From assembly GCA_039545335.1 (NCBI GenBank), contig BCIN01000009.1, positions 1 to 64,000 of the forward strand: 64,000 nucleotides of DNA, in the 5' to 3' direction. Within the stretch, counting starts at the first letter, position 1. Every line of letters starts with the position of its first letter. Both the position numbers and the translations under genes were made by a program. Below the pieces are notes generated by a model. That model saw only the letters and a list, made by a program, of their open reading frames with translations. It ran no database searches and was not told the origin of the DNA. Positions 37,326 to 49,477 of this stretch are shown piece after piece. This DNA is from Kondoa subrosea (lineage: Eukaryota).

Positions 37326-38956
37326 ATGAGCGCCGAAGAAACAACTCGAGCAGGATTCGCAGCAGGAAGAGATATCGTCAATCTGGCTCGCACAAGAGCA
37401 GAGAAATCTGAAGAATTGCTGAAGGATATAGGCAATCTCACAGGAAAGTGCATTGTCGTAACAGGTTCGCTTTCATTTAGAGTGGCAGAGCGTGGAGCCC
37501 CAAACTCAGCTGACTCTTGCGCATATATAGGAGGAGCTTCTGGATTGGCTAGGAACTATGCTATTGAAGCTGTGAGTGCTTAGTAATGCGTACTGACGTT
37601 AACTGACTTTCACATGACAGGCCAAACATGGGTGAACATTGTTCTAGCGGACCAGTTAGCAATGGCTCATGTAGTGACAGAGCTAAAATGGTAATTGGCG
37701 ATCTAAACGAAGCAGGTGCTAGTGAAACAGTCGCGGAAATCAAAAGTGCAGGAGGGTCAGTTCTGCATGGCTGTTCTGCGCCTTCTCTCTGACCATGGTC
37801 GACAGACAAGCCGTCTCTATACGATGCGATGTGACTGACTTCAAGAGTCAAGTTCAGCTCTTCAATCTGGCTAGGAAAACTTACGGTCATATTGACGTTT
37901 GCGTACCTGCTGCTGGTTTAGGCGAAGTCTCGAGGTTGGACATGGAACTACCTAAAGGTCCAGATGGAGAATATGAAGAACCAAGGATGTTACAATTGCA
38001 AGTAAATCTAATCGGTGTTATGTTCTGTGAGTGATGTCTGAACCTCATACTCTTTGTTGACTAATATTTGCAAGTATAGCTGTACAACTGGCAATGAGTC
38101 ATATGAAGCACAATCCATCGACTGACAAAGCTATCGTTTTGATCGCTTCAATGGCGGGCTATTTAGGGTTGCCTGGAGTGAGTTTGCTCATCCGCCGCAG
38201 TATTCTTGCTCATAATCCGGAGACAGGGTTCGATATGTAGGTTTCTGCTATGATTCCTGGGCAAGCAAACTTACCAGCACTATAAAAGATGCCGCCTCGA
38301 AACATGCTCTGGTCGGATTATTCAAGTCTCTTCCCCCTCAAGCTGCTATCGAGGGTATTCGTATCTCATTGATCGCGCCCTTCTTCGTCGATAGTAAGTA
38401 CAAAGCGAGTCTTTGCTCATTCGATTGAGTCAACTATCCTTGCAGCACCTATTCTGGTTCCTTCCACTAGATTATTATTGCGAGGTATCCCTCTGGCCAA
38501 AATAGAAGATGTTTCTACGGCTTTGCTATGTTCTTCGAGTTCCGCTTCTGCAGCTGGTGCGTGTCGTAGAATTTCTCCAAGAAACTTATCTAACCATCTG
38601 TCAGGTCGAGCCTATATCATTGACCCTGCTGGAATCTATAGCTTACCTTGGGATGCGACGGTCGAAGAGACGAACAATGGTAAGCTTTCATCTCCAGTTT
38701 CTGCCCAAACAGATCTGAAATCCAGCGTCTAGTTTATGCTGCTCTTGCATCAAGGACTATGATGGGGCTAGGGTGGGTGTTGCAACCCCTCAGCTGTCCA
38801 AAGGGCTGATGTTGAATGTTTGCTAGACTCATCAGGCGCGTTCGAATGTTGGACAGATCACTTTCGTCAGTAGGCGGATTAAAGACTGTCGCTTTAGCTG
38901 CAATAGTAGGTCCAGCAATCATGTACTTCCGTCGCAATGGCTTCAAAGCTCTGTAA
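37326..38956 (+). CDS. Short-chain dehydrogenase/reductase
   Basis: Spliced VTGGASGL, CDVT, VNLIG, IASMAG, YAASK; C-terminal hydrophobic tail. Confidence 0.9.
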
Positions 38957-39038
38957 TAATATCATCCTCGTTTGAACTCATTCGACGACTTTCCAACCTA
39001 ACGCGTTATACCCCCTTCTTTCCTTGTATTGCTCAGCC

Positions 39039-40941
39039 ATGAGTGCGATAGGCGAGCGCCATAGTACTCCAGTCGACGTACACGAGCTGAGAATTGTCAC
39101 TCAGGCTGTTCAATCATCGCTATTCTGGATTTGAAGGGCAAAAGCTTGATTCAACGCTCATACCGAGATGACATTCCCTCCAACACGGTAGAGAAATTCA
39201 TGCCTTACATTCTGGATATGGAGGAAGAGAATCAAATGATCACGCCTTGCTTTACAATGCAAGGCATCAACTACTTGCATATTAGACACAACAATCTCTA
39301 CCGTTCGCTCCTCTCCTCTCTGTCATGTGTGTGTGCTCTATGATGGGCTGACAATTGGATGTTGTACGGACAGTCCTGGCCTTAACTACTGTCAATTCAA
39401 ACGCTATGGTCCTGCTCACTTTCCTTCATAAATTAGCAACTGTATGTCTAAGACAAAACACGTAGTGGCTTCGCTGAAGAAGGGTCACCTACAGGTCTTG
39501 ACTGAATACTTCAAAGAACTAGAAGAAGAGAGTATACGAGATAACTTTGTCATCATCTATGAGCTTTTGGATGAAATGGTAGATTGGGGTCATGTCCAAA
39601 CAACGGAGAGCAAGATTCTACAAGAGTGCGCCTTATCGCAGGAGCTTTATCAGGCGTGGCTGATAGATCCTTATCGTGCACAGATATATTACTCAAGAAT
39701 CACATAAACTAGAAATTCAACAAGTCAGACCTCCGATAGCGGTCACTAATGCTGTATCTTGGAGGTCTGAAGGTATTAGGTATCGAAAAAACGAGGTCTT
39801 TTTGGATGTGGTGGAATCCGTCAATTTGCTGGTTCGTACTCGGGGTCAAGTCAGTTTGCGGACTGTCTTTGACTTGCGTGGTCGGACAGGTCAATGCGAA
39901 TGGAAATGTCGTCCGAAGTGAAATCTTGGGCGCTGTCAAGATGAAGTGCTACCTCAGTGGCATGCCCGAATTGAGGTTAGGCTTGAACGACAAAGTAATG
40001 TTTGAAAGCACAGGAAGAAGTATGCTTCTATTTCTCTTGTCTTTGTTCCTTCAATGTGCTGATATCGTATTGTCAGCATCGAGAGGGAAAGCAATCGAAA
40101 TGGAGGATGTGAAATTTCATCAATGCGTCCGATTATCAAGGTTCGAAAACGATCGAACCATTTCCTTTATTCCACCAGATGGAGAATTCGAGTTGATGAG
40201 CTATCGACTCAATACTCAAGTCAAACCCCTTATCTGGACAGAAGCGGTCGTCGAACATCATAAAGGCAGCAGAGTCGAATATATGGTCAAGGTTCGTTGA
40301 TTCAGGAGTTCATCAGCGTCTAGTTGCTGAGTTTCTGTTGATTTGAACAGGCGAAAGCGCAATTCAAAAGGAGATCAACAGCGAATAATGTCGAAATCTA
40401 TGTGCCAGTACCAGAAGACGCGGATTCGCCAAAGTTCAGGGTACGGAACCCATGCATCAGATCGCAATAGTATGCTGACCATCTGTCACAGGCCTCAGTA
40501 GGAACAGTGCAGTATCTGCCTGAAAAATCTGCCTTTGTTTGGAAAATCAAACAGCTTGGAGGAGGTCGAGAATACCTGATGCGAGCGCATTTTGGTCTAC
40601 CAAGTGTAAAAGGGGGTTCGTGTCGGTTTTCATATATCAGCATAAAGCTGATATGTATGTCTTCTCGGCTGCGAATAGAAGATCTAGTGGATTCAAAAGC
40701 ACCAATAACAGTCAAATTTGAGATTCCCTACTTCACCGTATCTGGAGTACAAGTGCGATATCTCAAGATTGTAGAAAAGAGTGGCTATCAAGCTTTACCT
40801 TGGGTTCGCTACATAACGCAGCAAGGAGATGATTACAGGTTAGCTTTTCCTTTATATCTTTTCGTGGTCAAGCTGATTGCGATGTACAGCTTACGGACGA
40901 ATCAATCAAAACAAGCCAATGCGAGTATCGCACCGATATGA
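39039..40941 (+). CDS. APM1: AP-1 adaptor complex mu subunit
   Basis: AILDLKGKSLIQRSYRDD, EEESIRDNFVIIYELLDEM, YRKNEVFLDVVE, FIPPDGEFELMSYRL, GYQALPWVRYIT. Confidence 0.96.
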
Positions 40942-41324
40942 GGCTACTATTGTAGATTGCAATTTTGATATTCCCATCGTTTTCTCGTTCTCGCATCGGA
41001 GACTTGCAACACCGATGGGCGCTTGTCTTGACGCCAAAAGACACAGCCAAGGATTGAGATCGAATCACTGAACTACAGCTATCTCATCTGTCCTTGTCTA
41101 TTTATAACCCACGTCGTGTCCAATTCGGGAACCCCTTTCAAAAATCTAGCTTCGAACTGTCTTACTAACCACCATCCCAGCGTTCTCAGCAGAATTCCTC
41201 ATATCTATACCCTTGCTCTTGTAATCTTCTGTATACCTCGCTAGAGAGATTCCATTCCATTTTCATCTTAATCAGATAATCTTTCACTCCTTGAGACTTT
41301 CGCAGCGGATCAGCAAGAGCAAAT

Positions 41325-43331
41325 ATGACCAAGTCAGAAGAGCAGGAAAAGCAGCCTCCAGGTGGTTTCGATGACACTCCTCTCCCAGAACTTGAACAAG
41401 GCTGTGAGTTCACCTGACTAAGCCAGGAGCTCTGTTGTTAATTACTTTGCTTTGCGGCAGTCACTCTCCGTTTTATCTTTCATGGAGCTGTCAATCTCCC
41501 GATAGCAGATCTATCGAGTCGAACGAGTGATCCCTTTCTTTGCGCTGAGTTGAAGACTTCTTCTCGAACTCGTCATCCCAAAGAAGATCCACCAATTACA
41601 TTCAGAACACCTACTGTTCATAAATCACTCGAACCTGAATTCAATTCTACTTGGGTCGTTGCAAATGTACCTCGAGATGGATTCAGAATGAAAGTTAGAG
41701 TGTATGATGAAGATACAAAGAATCATGATGATCGATTGGGGAATGCTTATGTTACTGTTCCTTTCTTGGAGGCGAAATGGGAAGGGATTCAGAAACAGCA
41801 TTTCAAGATCATGAAGTCAGTTTCTGACTTAACTTCATTACAACAAGAGCTCACTGTGCTGGATCATCTAGGCGATCTGGAAGTTGGCGAGCATACGCAT
41901 TAAGAGCAGCGGCTACTGTGATTGATAGGAAACGAGATATGCGAGGAGAATTGATCATTAGCGTCGAAATGCTTGGACAGAGTGAGAATGGTCAAGGAAG
42001 AGTCTACACTGTTTGTCAAGGACACGGGTAACAGGAGCAATGCCTGATATTTTCCATTGGGCAGGTCGGCCCAGGAGCCTGGAGTCAACATTATTCACCA
42101 CTTCTAGGCAAATTGATCAAGAACAAGGATCCTGAAGATCAAGATGACAGCAATGGTATCGAGAGGTTTGAGTAAGTGAAAGTGAGACTTAGCGAATTCG
42201 GTAAATTGATATGTCGTCCAGCTTCCAGGCCAACAAGATTCAGCTATCTGGGTAAGTATATGCTCGGCTCACCCCGCTTCATGATTGAGCTGATTCTGGA
42301 AAAGTCCTGTGCCGGCAGCCCTCTATCATCGCTTTGTGGAATTCAAGCCTTGGGTCAAAGACATGTTTCAGGATTCTGGTTTGCGTGGATTCGTATTGTC
42401 AAAACTTCTGATCCATCAACATCGCAACATATATAACCATGCTCTTGAGTACGCTGAGTCTCTAGTCTGCATGAAGTTAGCTGATGACAGTGTAGCACCG
42501 AATATGGTGTTGTTCCTGAACCGGGTCTAGAATTGGCAAAGAGGTTTCTCGAAATGGTTCACTACGACAAGGGAGGGCGAGTCTTCACCTGTAAGCACGC
42601 TGATCTCTCTCTCACTTCATTTTCTGCACCGAAGCTGACACTTGAATCGAAGATGTTCTCATGTTGGATGGACAACTCCGGTTTACTGAAACTGGCAAAG
42701 AATTTGGCATTGATCTTTTATCGAAACACACCATGCATAGCAATGTCACTCAGTACATTGCTATCTCCGGAGAATTCTTCGTCAGAGCCAAAGGCCAAAC
42801 AAACGGATCCACCCACCCAAATGTTCAGCGTACCGAAAGCTCAGAATCACCAAAAGATCCTCATTTGTATGAGCTCGTCATCGATAATGAGTGAGTCTGT
42901 CAGATCACACTAAGCAGCCTTGTACTGATTTCTTTACCTGATAAAGGAGCGGGACGTATAGACCAAAGAAAGAACTCCTTCCTCAGCTTCGAGATTACCT
43001 CAAATACAACTTTGAAGGGCTTTCTGTACTAACTATGGCAAGTGGGGACGACGAATTGACGAAATTGAAAGAACATCAAAGGAAGATCAAAGCAGAGCAA
43101 GGCGATTCAAGAGTCTTCAAACAGACAGGCTCTTTGCAACCTGGCGGAGACAGCGATTCCTCTTCCATCAGCTCGAGTGACGAAGATGAACTGAATGCGA
43201 GAGCCAATAAAGCTTCTTCTTCTTCGTCTGGTAATGGTTTCACTGCGGAAGTAGAAGACGCGACTGCAAGGCTCAAGAACATGATGAAGCCAAAGAGTTC
43301 CCTACTCAAATGGGCTGGCAAGTCGACATGA
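41325..43331 (+). CDS. Fungal C2-domain protein
   Basis: GAVNLPIADLSSRTSDPF, VYDEDTKNHDDRLG, FTETGKEFGIDLLSKH, ELVIDN-SGTYRP. Confidence 0.82.
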
Positions 43332-43531
43332 GGAGAAATGATCAGCTTTTGAAGGTAGACAGGATTGGCACATTGAAGGACAATCATTTTGTAGTAATGC
43401 TGTAACAGGTTGTACCAGTTTAGTTTTCTTGTGTTTGCATACTTTTTGATTCATGCAAAGCCACTTATCAACTCTATCGTGCATTTGAAGTGATCGCGGC
43501 TTTCGTGCAATTATTGATGTTCTAATCAACG

Positions 43532-45397
43532 ATGCGATTTTCCGCTGATGTCGCGCTACTGGCAATAGCGTGTCTCCTCTCTCAAGCTACTGCCCAGTCA
43601 GAGCACCCTGAGGAACCTCCACTGATCCTACGTAAGCCAAAACTTCACACGTCGGAACGCAAAATATCTTAAAGTGTCAATGTATTCATTGTAGCACCGC
43701 TCAAGCGCTTGCCTGAACATTCTTTTCGAAGCGTTGAGGAAGATTCACGCGTTCAAGGATTCGACATTTCTGGTCATTCGACAAAATTACCGACGTCGAA
43801 CGACTTCCTTCGTCTTGTACCTCCGTTGCCTCTCAGCTATGGCGCCATCTTTGCAAGCAAACCTCTGCCAAATTCAGCAAAAGACTGGGTTATCGAGATA
43901 GCCTTTCGAGTTCACGGTCAAGCCAAGCGGTCGATAGTCGTTCCGGGCCAGAGCTCTTTACAATCTTCAAGCGTAGGCGGAAGAGGTCTAGCGCTTTGGG
44001 TTACCAAATCTTCCAATCCTACTTTCCTCACTCTACCTTCTGATCGAAGGAAATCAGCTACACCTGCACCAGCTCTTTTACCTCAAAGACCTAAAGATCC
44101 AAACGATGAACTCGTCAGCTTCTTCGGCAACCGATCACCTTTCGATGGTCTAGGCATCGTTTTCGATTCTGCGCCTACTTCACCTTTATATCGAAGATCA
44201 GAAAGATCAGGTTACTCTACAAACGAGTATGGCCAGAATACCGCTTCGGCAGATGCAACGGGAGTAATATCAGCAGTCATGGATGATGGGTCAAACGATT
44301 GGCTAGAAACGCCAGAGTTCCGATCATCCACAGCGGGTCAAGCTTTGGTTGAAGCGAAATATTTGACAAATAGCTTGGGTGATTGTGAAGCTGCTTTTAG
44401 AAACGCACCTGGTTTGGTTTGGGCAAGAGTATCGCATCTCAATGATCAAATTAGAGTCGACTTGGATCTGGCTCCTCATACTACTCTTTCCACAGCTGCA
44501 AGAGATTTCAGTCATCATTGTCTTACAGTCAAAAATGTTCGATTACCACCTGGTTTCCATGTTGGATTGACGGGATTGGCATCTGGTAATCCCGATCCTG
44601 ATTCAGTGGATGTGTATGCTTTTGAGGCTTGGGAAGTTTTGGCTGGCGCGAGTCAGGAGAAAGATGAATATCGTCAAGATCCTGCAAGCAAAGCGGGACA
44701 TCAACATGCTCTAGCAGGGACATCAGGCAACGATGCTGAAGCGGTAAGTTTGCTTTGTACTCCATGCTGGCTCGACTGATGAGATATAATAGACCGTCAA
44801 TTTCGCTCAAGAGGTATTTGCTTCTCAAGCTAAACTACTACAGCAAATAGAAGTTCTCGCACATCGACTTGATCAACTCTCAGCTCAAGTACAAGGTGGC
44901 AGTGGTCAAGGGCAAATCTTCAATGGCGAGAGTCATCTAGAGAAACGACTTGCAACGATTGACAATCGGCTGAACGATTTCTTTGGTAACAAAGGATCAG
45001 AATCGGAGAACTTCTTGGTCCAACAATCGAATAAGATGGTTGGAGACTTGCATCGTCTGCAGTCATCTGTCGAATTACTTCAAGTGCGTTAACACACTGC
45101 ATTCTGAAATCTATCGCTGACGAATTATTTAAGACAAAGCTTGGAGGAACGCTAGGTTCAGTGCAAAGCAGAACTTCGGAACTTCTAGCCATCGTAAATC
45201 GAGCCTTGCATCAAATGGGTGAAGATCGTCAAACGATGCATTCTGCTATTACAGCACAAGCGGCGAATGGACTTGGAAGAAGAATACTGGTAGTATTACT
45301 CTGGATGTCAGGGTTGGGTGCAGCAGTCTTGGGCGGGCTTAAGCTGTGGACATTGAGGGGATCGAGTGGGAATCGGTATGGAAAGAAACTCATTTGA
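43532..45397 (+). CDS. L-type lectin cargo receptor (Emp47/ERGIC-53-like)
   Basis: Signal peptide MRFSADVALLAIACLL, DWVIEIAFRVHG, GRGLALW, FDGLGIVFD, coiled coil, TM and C-terminal KKLI* (KKxx retrieval motif). Confidence 0.85.
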
Positions 45398-45680
45398 TAG
45401 ACAACATCATTGCATTCATGTCGTTCATCTACGCAAGAGTAATGTCTTGTCTTCTTGCATATACCTTTACAATGCCTTCACTACTGATTCCCGTGTAAAT
45501 ATCAGTGGTTTTACCCTGTATGCGCGTCTGTTCCGCGCTTTCTCCATGTTTTGGGTTTTACCCCGTTCGAAGATTAACCGGTCTGGCTCTCTCCGCTCGC
45601 GCTTCTTCCGTCTTTTCTGCTTACAACAACCTCTTACAACTGCTCCTGTTCCAACTACTCTCAAACAAACCGCAATCATC

Positions 45681-47458
45681 ATGCCAGCTGCTGTTACTCC
45701 GCTTGGAGCGAATGAGAGTCGTGAGAATTCGATGAAAGGCGCTGTATACTATGGCAAGGAGGACGTCAAAATCCAAGACGTACCTATCCCTTCGTACACA
45801 GATGATCAAGTCTGTGAGTGCTCCGTTGTCGGGTATCTTGGAAGATGCTTAATTGGTAATGGGCAGTGATAAAAGTAGCTTGTAAGCGCTATCTGCAAGC
45901 GACAGATATGTTGCTCATAGTATGAACAGACTGCGGTATCTGTGGTACTGATTTGCATGAATTCCTTGATGGTAGGAACCTTCCCTCTTGCAGCCTCACG
46001 AAGGTTCTGATTACTTGTCTGACGCAGGCGCCAACTTCTGCCCATTACCCGACGCCCCGCATCCTGTATCGGGTGTTTCACTCCCTCTTGTACTCGGGTC
46101 AGTCATCAATTCCTGAAATTCGAAGCAACATCTGAGACCCTCGATAGCCACGAATTCTCTGGCACCATTGTCAAGGTTGGCGCAAACCTCGCCTCGAAGT
46201 ATCAAGTTGGCCAGAAAGTGCAAGTGATTTCGGAAAGAGATACGACTCTAAGCTAATGAATCTACATAGAGCCGCTCAGCCAGACTTTGGATGCACTTCT
46301 GTAAGCTCGCAAGAGGGTTCGTGAATGCTTTCTAATTGACCGCCTGGTAACATCAGTGCTACGAATGCCAGAACAAACAACGCAACTGCTGCGCCAAAAT
46401 GGGCTTCGTTGGTCTTTCAGGACCGCCAGGCGGTCTTGGACAATACTCTGCACTTGGAGCCGGCAACATCCACATTCTGCCTGATAGTATTCCTTTGGAT
46501 ATCGGAGCTCTAGTTGAACCACTTGCGGTCGCTTGGCGTAATTTACGCTTTCTCTCATGCAATATAAAGCTGATGACGGTTAACAGATGCTGTTCGAACA
46601 AGCAAGCTGACGCCAGGTCAATCTGCGCTCGTTATTGGTTCAGGTCGGGGAAAGCATTATCTTACAGTGGGCCACTCAAGCTTATGTCCTTCGCAGGTCC
46701 TATCGGAGCAGCAACCATTCGATCACTGAAAGCGCTTGGTGCTGGGTAAGTCGCTTTGTGCATAAATGATCTCAGCTCACGGCTTCACTGCAGAATTGTC
46801 GTGTGCGCCGAACCTACCGCTCAGCGTCAAGCGATAGCCCGAGCTAGTGGAGCTGATGTTGTTGTGAATCCAATCACCGACTCTGTTGTTGATGCTTGCC
46901 GAAAAGCTACCAATGGTCGCGGTGTTGACGTTGCGCTTGATGCGTACGTGCCTTTCCTTTGATGAGGGTCGGTCAACTGAGCTCTGCATAGTGCTGGTCT
47001 TGCCAACGGGAGCACCCTCAACACTTGTATCGATTCCACCAGAGCTGGAGGAATGGGTAAGTCTTGAGTTCCCGAAAGTTTCACAGTCTCATTGCCTTCG
47101 TAGTCACCAACATTGCCATCCACAATGCAAAAGTATGATCAATATAGCACTCTATTGCTCATCTGCTCAACATTGAATAGGTTCCTCTCGATTTGGTATC
47201 TCTATATATGCGGGAGCGAACCTTAAACGGTATTATCGGGTATACACAGCAAGGTTGGTCTTTCATCCTGGTAGTGCGCGAATGCCTGACTCTGCTCTAG
47301 ATTTTGTGGAAGTCATCGAGGCTCTAGCAGCGGGAAAGCTCAAGGCAGAAGACATGATTACCGGCAAGATTGCAGTCGAGGATCTGGTGGAGAAAGGATT
47401 CTTGGCTCTGAAGAACGAAAAGGATAAGCATGTGAAGATTCTTGTAAAGATGGCTTAA
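45681..47458 (+). CDS. Zn-dependent medium-chain dehydrogenase, (R,R)-2,3-butanediol dehydrogenase-like
   Basis: YCGICGTDLHEFLDG, PLVLGHEFSG, structural Zn C..C..C..C, ALVEPLAVAWH, GSGPIG, KHVKILV. Confidence 0.88.
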
Positions 47459-47641
47459 GTTTAGCGTCAATGTATTTGTTGAAATTGCTTGATTGCCTAG
47501 AAGCCTAAGTGTTTCTTTGCATGCTATGTGTGATAAAAGTTTCGATACGTTTCCCATCGATTACGTAAGCGATTTAATCCCTCTGCAAAATTTCACATTA
47601 AGGCTTGTTTCTGCACGAAGAGTCCCTCAAGGCTCTTTGTG

Positions 47642-48838
47642 ATGTCCTGTATACAAGATCTGATACCAGCTGGCCTCATTCCGGAGCTCTATAGTCACCT
47701 CACCCCTTTTGAATCTCTCAAACTTGCTCAAACATGTCGAGTGTTGCGCTCTGAGCTCTTCCGTCTCTTCACACTGCATGCTCGCAAGTCTATCGGTTAC
47801 TATGTTAAGGACATACGTAAGCGCTGCTCAGACAGGTCTAAAGCTTGCTCACAAGCTGAGCAGCTCGTTTCTTTTATTGGCTTCGAGCTCACACAGCGTA
47901 TCTCTCCGGATCGCTAGTGGTCTCGATCTTGACGGGTAGATCTTTCGGAGAGCGGTCTGACTTGGACATCTATGTTCCAGCAGATGCAGCTGAGTGAGGC
48001 TCGGCTGGTTGGTGCATCATCGCTGTCTGAATGCCACACGCTTTAGTTGCTTGAAGCTGTATCTGGAGCAGATCGAAGACTACAAAGAAATACCCATCAC
48101 TTTCGCAGAGAGCCAAAATTACGGTTTTCAAGTCGCAGAATTTCCTTCTGATTATCATATGTGGGGAGGACACAACTTTGAGAACTTGGTCAAAATGCAA
48201 GGTCCTGAGGATCAGAAAATCGATATCATCGAAGCGTCCGAAGAGGTTCGTCAATACACTTCAGATGCTCACATTGATATTAGATTGAGTCCGTTCCAGG
48301 TAGATCCGCGGAATTTAATCTTCGCTTTTCATTCTACAGTGGTGTGCAATACCTGGGATGGACTTGAATTAATTTGTTACTATCCCAATCTAACCTTGAA
48401 GGAAAAGAATCAACATATGACTGCCAAAGTCACTCGTACTATCGATATGGTCAATGTGAAATGGCGGAATAGAGGTTTTGAGCCAATCGATGGCTTTGCA
48501 GTCTCGAATGACCCCGATCGATGGGATCCTCAAGATTATGCCACACCTTTGCCTGCTTCGTGAGGTCTTTACTTCCTTTTCAAATACACAACTCATTGGT
48601 ACTTAGAATCCGTTGCTCTTTTATCGATGCATCAGATGATCCAGTTACTCGCATGAGGGAAGCAGAAGCAATCGACGAGAATTCCGAAAATGAAGACGAT
48701 TCAACAAAGAAGATGAGCAGGCTTATTGGCACTTTCTCTAAGGTGCTCGAATATCGCATGGAAGATTGCTGTCAAGTAACTTGGGACCTCCGCCAGAATT
48801 TGCCTTACGATTTCCCACCTCTCAACGCGACCGTATAA
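47642..48838 (+). CDS. Hypothetical protein: N-terminal F-box-like segment plus Pol-beta-type nucleotidyltransferase-like domain; 3' end approximate
   Basis: After removing GT-AG introns: SHLTPFESLKLAQTCRVLR, YLSGS..SDLDIYV, KIDII, FHSTVVCN, YYPNLT, KWRNRGF. Confidence 0.7.
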
Positions 48839-49477
48839 ACATGAAAGAACATCGTCTTATACACGAAGAGCTGGAACGAAGAAGAAAGTGGATGAAGATG
48901 GCAGTGTAGAACTTCTTGTGATGAAGGGGTGATCGAGTGCAAAGTCTCTTAAATTTTGGCAATGTCTTATCGCGTGAGGTCAGTTGTGCATGACTTTAGA
49001 CATGAGACTCTTACTCACATCACAGTTATGTAGACACTTTACACTAGGACGGCCTTCTTCGACAATATAGGCAAGAGTCATCAGGCGAATCTACGTAATG
49101 CGAAACTTATGGGCTCGGAGCCGACTAGGAAATTCATCGAGTGCACCTGAAGCGCGCGACCTTCTTGGAGCTCAATGGGATAGCGAAACTGCATGCATAG
49201 CCCTGCTGTTATCTGCTCAGAGAAAGAGGCAGTCGTAACGCAAAAGCATTGCGTAATGACTTCCTTCTGAATTTGTAGATTACGTAAGACTTGGCACCTT
49301 CTGTTCGCAGCAGTGTACATACACTTGTTATTCTATTGGCTTGCTCTGCCCGCGTCCTAAACAATCCGGGCTGTGATTCGGCTCCAGAGCCTTTGGCAAA
49401 GACCGCGTCAGTAATACCTGTGTTTCTAAATTTTGGTCTCTCTCCTCTTGCTTTCAGCCACACCTGGTCTCGCAATC

